42,820 bases of DNA from an uncultured Anaerolineales bacterium (GTDB lineage Bacteria > Chloroflexota > Anaerolineae > Anaerolineales > UBA11858). The notes below the pieces were generated by a model that searched no databases, was not told the DNA's origin, and worked only from the letters and a program-made list of their open reading frames with translations. Shown piece after piece: positions 30,012 through 38,810 of this stretch. The stretch spans positions 1 to 42,820 of the forward strand of contig CAZLNX010000012.1 in NCBI GenBank assembly GCA_964560795.1, read 5' to 3'. Numbering within the stretch: position 1 is the stretch's first letter; every line of letters starts with the position of its first letter. A program made the position numbers and the translations under genes.

Positions 30012-31024
30012 GCGTACGCCTCACTGAATTCAAATAATCCCTGCTGCTTCACGATATTTTTGATACGCTTATTAATGAAAGGATGCGTGCTGGTAAGCTC
30101 GGCGACAGAAGCTGCGGCACCATTTTCCCTCTCCGCCTGGCGCAGGAAGGTGTCCACATCCACGGATACATCCGTCAACCCTGAGGAAATCTTGAGCAGG
30201 GACGACACCACCGGCTTAGGATCGCCATCCGAGGCCAGCAGGGCGATGGCATCGGCGGAATATTCACAAGATCGGCTCCAGCGGAAAAAGAGCAGGCGCG
30301 CAATCCCGCCCAGGCCAGACATCAGGCTGATCAGACTGACGTGGCCTAAATGGATATGCCCCAGCTCATGCCCGATCACGGCCTGGATTTCCTCAGGGGT
30401 CAGGCGCTCCACCAGGGCAGAGGTCATGATGATGGTATAAGGCTCACCGTAACCGAAGGTGTAGGCGTTCATCACCGGGTTCTGAGTCACAAACAACTCC
30501 ACTAGCATGGGGGATAAATTATTTTGGGCTGCCTTTAGGGGAACATACAGATGGGAAAGCTGGCTTTCGGTGACCTGCACAGCATTGCTCAATGCTCGCC
30601 CACGCATCAGGCTGGCGGAGAGATAACCAATACCAAACAACAGCGCGCCCAGGATGCCGGCGTACCAGCCGCCCAGGATCAACAGTAAGAAGGTGATCGT
30701 GAAGCCTGAGATCAGGTCGCGCTGCTCGGTGGGGCAGCGGTAGATGCCTAAATCAGCAGCGGGATTCTCCTCGTCACCCTCGATAAACCATCGGTGTTCG
30801 TTGACAACCCCCATCGGACTGGCGGCGTTAAAAATCAAGGTACACAGTCCGAGGAAAACGAACTCATCCAGCAGGCCGACGACCGGGAGAAAGTCATCGG
30901 GGGTAGGCAAGGCGGCATATACCAGCGGCGCCCCACCCAGGAAAATCTTCAGCCAGAGATTTACTCGTTTATCATTGGCCAGACGCAAGGTCAGTCGAAA
31001 GTGGTTGAAGAGTTTGGGTAGCAT
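30008..31024 (-). CDS. M48-family zinc metallopeptidase (HtpX-like) with N-terminal DUF1232-like segment
   Basis: HELGHIHLGH (HExxH) and downstream SCEYSADAIA (the third Zn ligand, glutamate). N-terminus LPVVGLLDEFVF resembles DUF1232. Overlaps the upstream kinase stop in an ATGA arrangement. Confidence 0.8.
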   Translation of the reverse strand: MLPKLFNHFRLTLRLANDKRVNLWLKIFLGGAPLVYAALPTPDDFLPVVGLLDEFVFLGLCTLIFNAASPMGVVNEHRWFIEGDEENPAADLGIYRCPTEQRDLISGFTITFLLLILGGWYAGILGALLFGIGYLSASLMRGRALSNAVQVTESQLSHLYVPLKAAQNNLSPMLVELFVTQNPVMNAYTFGYGEPYTIIMTSALVERLTPEEIQAVIGHELGHIHLGHVSLISLMSGLGGIARLLFFRWSRSCEYSADAIALLASDGDPKPVVSSLLKISSGLTDVSVDVDTFLRQAERENGAAASVAELTSTHPFINKRIKNIVKQQGLFEFSEAYA

Positions 31025-31045
31025 GATTGACTCCAGTATATTTTT

Positions 31046-31080
31046 CCGCTAATCTTCGCCAATATTCGCTAAGAAAAAAT
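31046..31080 (-). promoter_or_regulatory. Second copy of the tandem TCGCYAA(T/G) promoter-proximal motif, upstream of the M48 peptidase gene
   Basis: ccgctAATCTTCGCCAATATTCGCTAAGAAAAAAT lies 22 nt upstream of the ATG, followed by GATTAGCGTGAATTCGCGA. Confidence 0.4.
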
Positions 31081-31124
31081 CATACGTGCAGATTAGCGTG
31101 AATTCGCGAACTCGTCGCCCCACC

Positions 31125-31172
31125 AGCCCCCCGATTCCGGGGGGAGTCTGGTTCCCCCAAAAGTTTGGGGGT
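31125..31172. repeat. Intact GC double-hairpin repeat element (halves A and B adjacent)
   Basis: CAGCCCCCCGATTCCGGGGGGAGTCTGGTTCCCCCAAAAGTTTGGGGG: two 7-bp-stem hairpins. Confidence 0.6.
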
Positions 31173-31260
31173 CAGGGGGTCAAAGGGTGGCAAAGGATCC
31201 ATAAAAACGATTCACAACGATTCAGAATTCCAGCATTCCAGAATCAGGGCGAGCATGCAC

Positions 31261-32838
31261 CTATGGTGTCACTGCGCGAGCACAGCGGAAACCGCTGAAG
31301 TTAACGGTGTTATCAGAGTAGTTCCAGTCGCGGTAAGCGGAACGCAGGAACCTATCACTAACGAGCCAGGAACCGCCGCGCAGAAACCGTGCGCTAAATA
31401 ATCCCTTCGATGCCGTCCATTCCGAAACATTGCCAGCCATATCCACGCAGCCATATGGGCTGTCACCTTGGGGGCTATATCGCCTTATTTGGGTTGTACC
31501 GCCAACCATCCCGCCAATATTACATAACTCTTGATCTGGTTTTTGGTCGCCCCAGGGATATTTTCGGCCACCGGTACCACGGGCGGCTTTCTCCCATTCT
31601 TCTTCGGTAGGCAGTCGGCACTTTGCCCATTCGCAGAAGGCGACCGCGTCGTGCCAACTAACGTATACTACCGGATGATTGGCTTTGCCAGATGGGTGTG
31701 TGCGGTTCTCCTTATCCCAATGCTTGGGTACCTGACGATCCATAAATGTATCCGTAAAGAGTTTATACTGAGCATTGGTCACCGGGTATTTACCAATCAA
31801 ATAAGCACGATCGATAATTTTATCTTTTTTACGGTCTCCATACAAGAAAACGCCAGCCGGGATTTCAACCCACTTTATGCCAGCGGGGTTGTCTGGGGTC
31901 AGCAAACCTGACAGGTCTTCAGCTTCTTTGTCCGGCTGTGCGTCGGGTATCTTGGGGGGCTTTCCGGGCTGGATGGATTCGCTTGGAGGCCTGTCAGGTT
32001 TCAAAGCAGCGGCAAATTCAGCCATACTATTCCAACGATTCCCCGGTTCCTGCGACAAGGCCTTCTCTAGCACGGCTCCGAAACTCGCTGAAACACCATC
32101 CGGCCAACTCCCCGGCAAGCCTGGAAGTTGAAAATGTTTGGCCATAACTGCCGGTGGAGTTGTACCATCATAAAGAACTTCCCCTGTGAGCATCTCCACC
32201 AGCACACACGCTAAAGCATACTGATCAACAGCCGACGTAATCTCTTCATCTTTCCAGATTTCGGGAGCCATGTAGTTGGGTGTGCCTAAAAACGTCCCCG
32301 TGGTGGTCAGGCCGCTTGACGCAATGGCTTTGACCAGGCCAAAATCAGTCAGCACGGCGCCCTCGCTTTCGCTGAACAGGATATTCTGCGGTTTTATGTC
32401 GCGGTGAATCAGGCCCTTATCATGGGCAAATTGTAGGGCCTCGGAGATCTGTTCTATGATACGTAGGGCTTCATCCCATGGCAGCGGGCAGCGTTCAGCC
32501 AGCAGTTTGTCCAGCGATAGCCCATCCACGTAGCGCATGGCCAGGAAATAATGCCCCTCGGCTTCACCCAAATCCAACACGGTGGCGATATGGGGGTGGA
32601 ATAGTCCGGCGGCGGTCTGAGCTTCCTGCACGAAGCGTGCAAAGGCTTCCTCGTCCGCCAGCAGCATGGGCTTGAGCACCTTCAGGGCCACAGTGCGCTT
32701 GAGAGTGTCATCCATGGCGCGATAGACATCGGCATAAGCGCCAGAGCCGATGTGATCTTTGATCTTGTATTTGCCAAGTTGTTTCACTTTAGTTCGTCCC
32801 TTGTAGTCATATTCCAAATTTGAAAAACCAATTTCCAC
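31261..32838 (-). CDS. Ser/Thr protein kinase fused to an FGE-sulfatase domain, no TM
   Basis: IGSGAYADVYRA, HRDIKPQNILF, DFGLVK and APE motifs. C-terminal MAGNVSEWT...RGGSW...SGFRCARA. Confidence 0.9.
   Translation of the reverse strand: MEIGFSNLEYDYKGRTKVKQLGKYKIKDHIGSGAYADVYRAMDDTLKRTVALKVLKPMLLADEEAFARFVQEAQTAAGLFHPHIATVLDLGEAEGHYFLAMRYVDGLSLDKLLAERCPLPWDEALRIIEQISEALQFAHDKGLIHRDIKPQNILFSESEGAVLTDFGLVKAIASSGLTTTGTFLGTPNYMAPEIWKDEEITSAVDQYALACVLVEMLTGEVLYDGTTPPAVMAKHFQLPGLPGSWPDGVSASFGAVLEKALSQEPGNRWNSMAEFAAALKPDRPPSESIQPGKPPKIPDAQPDKEAEDLSGLLTPDNPAGIKWVEIPAGVFLYGDRKKDKIIDRAYLIGKYPVTNAQYKLFTDTFMDRQVPKHWDKENRTHPSGKANHPVVYVSWHDAVAFCEWAKCRLPTEEEWEKAARGTGGRKYPWGDQKPDQELCNIGGMVGGTTQIRRYSPQGDSPYGCVDMAGNVSEWTASKGLFSARFLRGGSWLVSDRFLRSAYRDWNYSDNTVNFSGFRCARAVTP
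32130..32790. repeat. Paralogous kinase-domain repeat, copy 1 (copy 2 is at 35100-35760). The core 32191-32706 is 100 percent identical to 35161-35676.
   Basis: Line-by-line comparison of the two stretches, offset 2970 nt. Identical small antisense ORFs appear in the track (32454..32642 matches 35424..35612). Confidence 0.9.
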
Positions 32839-32848
32839 GATACAGAGT

Positions 32849-33982
32849 TCAGAGATCTGAGCTATGCCCCTTTCGGGGGTGCTCAGCTTCGCTCAGCAAT
32901 GAGGAAGGCGCACACACCCGAAAACCGAAGAAGTGGTGCCCACCTGTCGGGATAAACGGACTGCGATCAGCACACTTTATGGCATAGTACTTCTCGAAAA
33001 AAGCTCCACCCCGCAGTACACGCTCTTTGTCATCTCCAGCATCCGGATTTTCACGACCATCGCCAACACGGTATGGATAATCTTTGTATAAGCTGCTGGT
33101 CCACTCATTGACATTGCCGGCCATGTCAGCACAGCCGTAGGGACTATTGCCAGCCGGGCTGTAGCGGTGCACCCTCGTGGTATCGCCGATGTTATTGTCG
33201 AAGTTGCACAGGCTGGGGTCCGCGTCCTGGTTACCCCAGGGGTATTTACACCCATCGGTACCGCGGGCGGCTTTCTCCCACTCGGCCTCAGTTGGCAGTC
33301 GTACAACAGCTCCGCCCACCTGGCTAGCCCAAGTGCAAAAGGCTCTAGCATCATGCCAGGAAACTTCCACTATGGGGTGATATTCTTTGCCTTTGGGTGG
33401 TTCATCGCTCTCCCAATGGTAAGGTACAGCATGGCTCGCTTCCTCAACAAAAGCTTTGTATTGGGCGTTGGTGACCGGGGTCTTACCGATCCAGTATTCG
33501 TCCAGATGAACTTTATGTTGTTGATCATCTTCCCCCATTTGAAAAACACCCGCGGACACACGTACTAGGGTTAGTTCTACACCTGTCGCCAGGGCGAGAG
33601 TCATTTCATCCCCCTTCACTTGTAATCTTTCAGCATTCTTTTCAGCAGGATCCGGTGACGGTGTTTCGGGCTGTATTTTAGGTGCACAATCCGAGCACAC
33701 ACCCAGCTGCGCGTCGCGGTGCTCTTTGTGTAAGTTGGTGCGCCCGCAATCCTTGCAGCGAAAGCTCTCTTCTATTTTGGCCCACATGCCGCAGACAGGG
33801 CAATAATCACCGGATGGTGAAGTAGAATGACCACTAGTTCCTATGTGAATATCTCCTTTGATCATACCCACATCACCGATCGCTCCACTTTTATCTGGTA
33901 AAGGGAGTTGCGCGCCACATTTGGAACAAAAACGACTACCGGATTGGATTTGAGCGTTACAGTTAGAACATTGCATGGTCAT
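32849..33982 (-). CDS. Zinc-ribbon protein with C-terminal FGE-sulfatase domain and no kinase
   Basis: N-terminal CSNC...CSKCG, then CPVCG...CKDCG...CSDC. C-terminal MAGNVNEWT...RGGAFF...FGFRVC. Confidence 0.8.
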   Translation of the reverse strand: MTMQCSNCNAQIQSGSRFCSKCGAQLPLPDKSGAIGDVGMIKGDIHIGTSGHSTSPSGDYCPVCGMWAKIEESFRCKDCGRTNLHKEHRDAQLGVCSDCAPKIQPETPSPDPAEKNAERLQVKGDEMTLALATGVELTLVRVSAGVFQMGEDDQQHKVHLDEYWIGKTPVTNAQYKAFVEEASHAVPYHWESDEPPKGKEYHPIVEVSWHDARAFCTWASQVGGAVVRLPTEAEWEKAARGTDGCKYPWGNQDADPSLCNFDNNIGDTTRVHRYSPAGNSPYGCADMAGNVNEWTSSLYKDYPYRVGDGRENPDAGDDKERVLRGGAFFEKYYAIKCADRSPFIPTGGHHFFGFRVCAPSSLLSEAEHPRKGHSSDL

Positions 33983-33990
33983 CCTTTATC

Positions 33991-35766
33991 TCAGCGTTTT
34001 GATTCGGTTGGGAGAGATGTACACACCCGAAAACCAATGTAATCGCACCCGACTTTCGGGAAGTACCCAAAGCGTAAAGCGCAGCGCATTCGACCAGCAC
34101 TAAAGCCAAATGCACCGCCGCGCGATGCAACACGCAGTTCATCGCCAGCATCTGGGATTTCGCGACCATCGTCTATCCGATAGGGATAATCTTTGTATAC
34201 ACTGCTGGTCCATTCAAAGACATTGCCGGCCATGTCAGAGCAGCCGTAGGAACTATCGCCGGCCGGGCTGTAGCGTCCCACTTGAGTGGTCCCGCCAATA
34301 TTGTCGTGGAAATTGCATAGTTCTGGGTCTGGTTTCTGATTGCCCCAAGGATATTTCCGCGCATCAGTACCGCGAGCAGCTTTCTCCCACTCTGCCTCCG
34401 TGGGTAAGCGCAGCGTTGCAACTGTCAGCAGGCTGATCCAAGCACAAAAGGCACTCGCGTCTTGCCAGGAAACTTCCACAACGGGGTGATTTTCTTTGCC
34501 TTTGGGCAATCCACCGCCGTACCAATGGAATGGGATTGGATAATTTGTGGTCTCAACAAATACTTTGTATTGGGCGTTGGTGACCGGGAATTTGCCAATC
34601 CAATACTCATCCAAATGGACTGAATGTTGAGGTTTCTCTTGATCTAGAGCCTTTTGATCATCATCACAGCTTCCCATCAGGAAAGATCCGGCTGGCACGC
34701 CCACGAGGGTCAGTTCAACTTCTGGTGCCAAATCGATGATCTTAGCATAACCCATAGTAAATTCACTATTAGTGCTATTAGTAGATGAATCCGATTGTTT
34801 ATCTATCCCCCAGCGCTTATGCTGCTTTAGAAGTCTGAGAGTCTGTTCTTCTTGTTCTGATGGCGATAACCCTCTCATCCATTCAGGCATAGAGTCCCTC
34901 AATTCCTGAATGATCATTTTTCTCTGATCAGGCTTTCTTTTCCAAACAGAAGGAATACCTCTTGATGATTGCAAGTATGATGCAAACTGTTTAAGACTTT
35001 TATATCGCTTTCTTGATTCTTGATTTAATGCGCGTTTTAATATATTTGTAATTTCTGACGGTATATTGTGAAACAAAATTTCTGGTATCTTAGCAGGTTG
35101 AAAATGCTTAGCCATAACTGCCGGTGGGGTACTGCCATCAAAAAGCACTCTCCCAGTGAGCATCTCCACCAGCACACACGCTAAAGCATACTGATCAACA
35201 GCCGACGTAATCTCTTCATCTTTCCAGATTTCGGGAGCCATGTAGTTGGGTGTGCCTAAAAACGTCCCCGTGGTGGTCAGGCCGCTTGACGCAATGGCTT
35301 TGACCAGGCCAAAATCAGTCAGCACGGCGCCCTCGCTTTCGCTGAACAGGATATTCTGCGGTTTTATGTCGCGGTGAATCAGGCCCTTATCATGGGCAAA
35401 TTGTAGGGCCTCGGAGATCTGTTCTATGATACGTAGGGCTTCATCCCATGGCAGCGGGCAGCGTTCAGCCAGCAGTTTGTCCAGCGATAGCCCATCCACG
35501 TAGCGCATGGCCAGGAAATAATGCCCCTCGGCTTCACCCAAATCCAACACGGTGGCGATATGGGGGTGGAATAGTCCGGCGGCGGTCTGAGCTTCCTGCA
35601 CGAAGCGTGCAAAGGCTTCCTCGTCCGCCAGCAGCATGGGCTTGAGCACCTTCAGGGCCACAGTGCGCTTGAGAGTTTCATCCATGGCGCGATAGACATC
35701 GGCATAGGCACCAGAGCCAATGTGGGCTTCGATTTTGTATTTGCCAAGTTGTTGGTGATCAGTCAT
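33991..35766 (-). CDS. Ser/Thr protein kinase fused to an FGE-sulfatase domain, no TM. Its kinase domain has been converted to match 31261..32838.
   Basis: Kinase domain about 200 aa identical to the 31261..32838 product. The linker and FGE halves are divergent. Confidence 0.9.
   Translation of the reverse strand: MTDHQQLGKYKIEAHIGSGAYADVYRAMDETLKRTVALKVLKPMLLADEEAFARFVQEAQTAAGLFHPHIATVLDLGEAEGHYFLAMRYVDGLSLDKLLAERCPLPWDEALRIIEQISEALQFAHDKGLIHRDIKPQNILFSESEGAVLTDFGLVKAIASSGLTTTGTFLGTPNYMAPEIWKDEEITSAVDQYALACVLVEMLTGRVLFDGSTPPAVMAKHFQPAKIPEILFHNIPSEITNILKRALNQESRKRYKSLKQFASYLQSSRGIPSVWKRKPDQRKMIIQELRDSMPEWMRGLSPSEQEEQTLRLLKQHKRWGIDKQSDSSTNSTNSEFTMGYAKIIDLAPEVELTLVGVPAGSFLMGSCDDDQKALDQEKPQHSVHLDEYWIGKFPVTNAQYKVFVETTNYPIPFHWYGGGLPKGKENHPVVEVSWQDASAFCAWISLLTVATLRLPTEAEWEKAARGTDARKYPWGNQKPDPELCNFHDNIGGTTQVGRYSPAGDSSYGCSDMAGNVFEWTSSVYKDYPYRIDDGREIPDAGDELRVASRGGAFGFSAGRMRCALRFGYFPKVGCDYIGFRVCTSLPTESKR
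35100..35760. repeat. Paralogous kinase-domain repeat, copy 2
   Basis: See 32130-32790. Confidence 0.9.
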
Positions 35767-35782
35767 ATTGGTTTCAGTTTGC

Positions 35783-35814
35783 AGCTATCAGCTGTCAGCT
35801 GTCGGCTGATAGCT
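35783..35814. other. Perfect 10-bp inverted repeat AGCTATCAGC/GCTGATAGCT with a 12-nt CAGCTG-containing loop. It overlaps the Vps4-like gene stop codon, 16 nt before the next gene's ATG.
   Basis: Read directly from the sequence. No U-tract follows on the coding (minus) sense. Confidence 0.4.
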
Positions 35815-36931
35815 ATCTGCTTCCTTTTGCAAAGTTCTCGAACTTGCGCAAATCTTTCTCAGGGATTGATGGTCCCATTTCGCCCAACACAGTCTGGAAA
35901 TCATCTATCGCCATGGGGCGCGATTGCCCGCTGTGAATGGCATCCGAGAAGACCAGCTCCCGAACACGGCGGGCAACGGCAGCCATGTCGGCACCGCTGA
36001 AGCCCTGAGTCTGGTCGGCGATATCGCCCAGGGAGACACCCTCAGCCAGGGGCGCTTCCTTTAAATTAAGCTCTAATATACGGCAGCGGGCAGGCCAATC
36101 CGGCGGCGGCACATAGATAAGGCGGTCTAAACGTCCTGGTCTTAAGATAGCAGAGTCAATCTCCCAGGGTTCGTTGGTAGCCCCAATCAACAACAAGGGG
36201 TTCTCGCGTTGGTGGAAGCCGTCCAATTCGGCCAAAATCTGCGGCACAACCCGCTTCATCACCGTGGAGTGTGTTACGCGGCGCTTGGGGGTCAAGGATT
36301 CCATCTCGTCGATGAAAATCACGCTCAAAGGGAGTCCGGCAGCCATGCTGAATAACTGGGCGATATTCTGCTCGGCTTTGCCCACCCACTGGCTCATGAC
36401 CTCCGAGGGTTTAATCGCAAAAAATGCCGCCTCGATCTCCCCAGCCACAGCGCGGGCCATCAGGGTTTTGCCCGTGCCAGGAGGTCCGTATAGCAAAATG
36501 CCCCCTCCGGGCTGCACGCCATACTGCTCGGCCAGCTCGGGATGGGTGAAGGGGTAGAGCAGCTTGATGCGAATTTGCTCTTTGACCTCGTCCAGGCCAG
36601 CCACATCGTCGAAGCTTACATTCGGGCGTTCTCCCACCAACCAACCGGAAGACTTCTCATCATCCCCCACCGCAATTGGCCGCGTGGGTGATTTCGAGGA
36701 GGCTGTCTTATTCTTCAGCGCCTCGGCCTCAGCCATCAACTGTTTAGCCAGCGTCAGGCGCGAATCTCGCAAGCGACCGCGCGATCCTTTGGCAGCGCTC
36801 ATCATTTTCTCTGAGGCCGTTAATAATGCTCTCCGGGCCGCGTTGGTATCCCCGCTTTCCCGGGCTGAGACACCGGCGTTAAAATAACGCTTTGCTTCAG
36901 CGAGCAAACCATCAACCGTGTTTTCAGCCAT
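35813..36931 (-). CDS. MIT-domain AAA+ ATPase, Vps4/katanin-like (meiotic clade), copy 2
   Basis: N-terminal three-helix MIT-like region. ILLYGPPGTGKTLMARAVA (Walker A), FFAIKPSEVMSQWVGKAEQ, SVIFIDEMESL (Walker B), GATNEPWEIDSAILRPGRLDRLIYV. Confidence 0.8.
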   Translation of the reverse strand: MAENTVDGLLAEAKRYFNAGVSARESGDTNAARRALLTASEKMMSAAKGSRGRLRDSRLTLAKQLMAEAEALKNKTASSKSPTRPIAVGDDEKSSGWLVGERPNVSFDDVAGLDEVKEQIRIKLLYPFTHPELAEQYGVQPGGGILLYGPPGTGKTLMARAVAGEIEAAFFAIKPSEVMSQWVGKAEQNIAQLFSMAAGLPLSVIFIDEMESLTPKRRVTHSTVMKRVVPQILAELDGFHQRENPLLLIGATNEPWEIDSAILRPGRLDRLIYVPPPDWPARCRILELNLKEAPLAEGVSLGDIADQTQGFSGADMAAVARRVRELVFSDAIHSGQSRPMAIDDFQTVLGEMGPSIPEKDLRKFENFAKGSR

Positions 36932-36966
36932 ATCTCTTCCTGCGCTGCTTCTCGTTACCGAATGCG

Positions 36967-37608
36967 TCAGCGCTGCTCGTCCTCCAATTCTTGGCGGATT
37001 TTGCGCAGCCCGGCCTCGATCTCGCGATCGAAATCTGAAGCCTCTTCGCGGATGACTTCATCAGTCAGGCTGGTCTCTAAATCTTCGAGGCGATCTTCCT
37101 CGACGACCATATCCGATGCCAGAGTCGAGTCCATCAAATCCATCATGATGGCCATGCGCTCATCCAGGTTCGAGGCATGCGCCAGGCCAGTCTCCAGTTC
37201 ACGCTGCAGTTCAGCCACGTTCTGAGGTCCGGCCATAGCGGCCAATGACTCGCTGGTCGCTTTGATTGCCTTGATCAGCTCTACCGAGGCTTTAGCCTGG
37301 TCCCGGCGGGCTTGCAGCAGTTCCAAGGAGAGCAGGTAACCTTCCCAACGCTGGATATCCGTTTGAGTCCACAATAACTGCCGCCCCACCTGACGAAAGC
37401 GGGCTTCATCATTAATGGCCAAAGCCCGTTTAGCCAGGCCCTTCAGGCGTAAGGCCATCTTTTTCTGATTCTGAATATGGCGCTGCAGCTTGGCTCTGCC
37501 CATACGCACCTGCACGTCGCGATCAAGCTCGGCTTCCTGGCGCCTCTCTTCCGCGCTGCGAAATACCCGGCGGATCATACGAGCGACTTTTTCAGGGTCA
37601 GGCAGCAT
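36967..37608 (-). CDS. Snf7/ESCRT-III-like coiled-coil protein with basic N-terminus and acidic C-terminus
   Basis: 213 aa. N-terminal half rich in R/K, C-terminal ...MDLMDSTLASDMVVEEDRLEDLETSLTDEV...EIEAGLRKIRQELEDEQR (MIM-like amphipathic end). Placed 11 nt upstream of a MIT-AAA gene. Confidence 0.5.
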   Translation of the reverse strand: MLPDPEKVARMIRRVFRSAEERRQEAELDRDVQVRMGRAKLQRHIQNQKKMALRLKGLAKRALAINDEARFRQVGRQLLWTQTDIQRWEGYLLSLELLQARRDQAKASVELIKAIKATSESLAAMAGPQNVAELQRELETGLAHASNLDERMAIMMDLMDSTLASDMVVEEDRLEDLETSLTDEVIREEASDFDREIEAGLRKIRQELEDEQR

Positions 37609-37619
37609 AGGGTTCTCCT

Positions 37620-38810
37620 TTATTCATCCACCTGTTTGGACCAGGCTTCATAGCGACGCAGCATGGCTGAGTCGCTGCCAGGTTTGATCTCAGTAAAGGC
37701 AATCTCGAAATCCTGGGGAGATAGCGCTTCGACGCGGATTTCATAATCCCGCACCGCGTCCTGGCCCTTATCGACGATGGCCAATAGCCCGGGGTTGGCG
37801 CGCTGGGTCATGTGGGTAACCGCCGTCTGGCAGACCTGCTCGATCTCGCGCCCCGAATAACCCTGGGTGCGTTCAGCCAACTCATCAATGGTCAACTGGC
37901 TCTTGTGCCCCCGGCGAGTGATGAATATCTCCAGGATGGTCCGACGCGCCTGGGCATCGGGCAGTGGCACATAGATGCGCTTCTGAAAACGACTCAAGAT
38001 AGCGGTGTCGATCAGCCAGGGCACATTGGTAGCTCCGATGGTGATGATCAAATCATCCCTGCCTTTGCTACCCAGGCCATCGATCTCCGCCAGCAAGGTG
38101 CTGACAATGCGCCGTTCGGCGCCGCTGTCCCCAGAGCCGCGCGGCGTCGAGAGCGACTCGAATTCATCCAGGAAGATCACCGAAGGACTCAGCCGGGCCG
38201 CGGCGGCATACAATGCCGAGATCAGCTTGGTGCTCTCCCCAAAGTACTTGGAGAGCATATCGCTGACCTTGACGCTGAAGAAAGTGGCATCCAGGCTGCC
38301 GGCGGTGGCCGCGGCCAGCAGGGTTTTACCTGTCCCCGGAGGGCCGAAGAGCAGGAAGTTGCGCCAGCTTTCAATAACCACACCCTCTGGCTTGCGGGCC
38401 AGGGCCAGGCCATAAGCCGACTTGATGGCGGCCTTGGTTTCGCCCAGGCCGCCGATATCGTCCCAACTTATCTCCGTACGCTGGATCAGGCTCAATACTT
38501 GGGTTTCGTAATCATCTTCACCCGTGGCCTCAGCGGGCTGCACTTCTGTTTTTGAATCTCCCAGCGGAGCGCCGGCCGGGGCTTTTCCCAGCCGCTCAGC
38601 CAGCTCATCCAGTGCTTCGGCCCGTTCCAGGCGCGTCTTACGGATTTTGGCATCGCGCGAGCTGCCCGCGTACTGGCGCATAAACTCAGCCGCATGACGA
38701 TATGCCGCCGAGGCGTCCCTGGCCGAGCCACGTTTTTCTGCCTCTTCGGCGCGCTTGCGGGCGCGCTTATATTGTGCGTAGATCGAGGCGCTCAGATCAA
38801 CAGGGGCCAT
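37620..38810 (-). CDS. MIT-domain AAA+ ATPase, Vps4-like, copy 1
   Basis: LLFGPPGTGKTLLAAATA, FFSVKVSDMLSKYFGESTKLISALYAAA, SVIFLDEFESL, GATNVPWLIDTAILSRFQKRIYVPLPD, TQGYSGREIEQV. Block-by-block similarity to eukaryotic Vps4. N-terminal helical MIT-like region. Confidence 0.85.
   Translation of the reverse strand: MAPVDLSASIYAQYKRARKRAEEAEKRGSARDASAAYRHAAEFMRQYAGSSRDAKIRKTRLERAEALDELAERLGKAPAGAPLGDSKTEVQPAEATGEDDYETQVLSLIQRTEISWDDIGGLGETKAAIKSAYGLALARKPEGVVIESWRNFLLFGPPGTGKTLLAAATAGSLDATFFSVKVSDMLSKYFGESTKLISALYAAAARLSPSVIFLDEFESLSTPRGSGDSGAERRIVSTLLAEIDGLGSKGRDDLIITIGATNVPWLIDTAILSRFQKRIYVPLPDAQARRTILEIFITRRGHKSQLTIDELAERTQGYSGREIEQVCQTAVTHMTQRANPGLLAIVDKGQDAVRDYEIRVEALSPQDFEIAFTEIKPGSDSAMLRRYEAWSKQVDE

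Noticed and set aside
37812-38555. 247-aa plus-strand ORF
   Set aside because: It lies entirely antisense within the Vps4-like ATPase gene. The product is low-complexity and Arg/Gly/Ala-rich, typical of a GC-rich shadow ORF.
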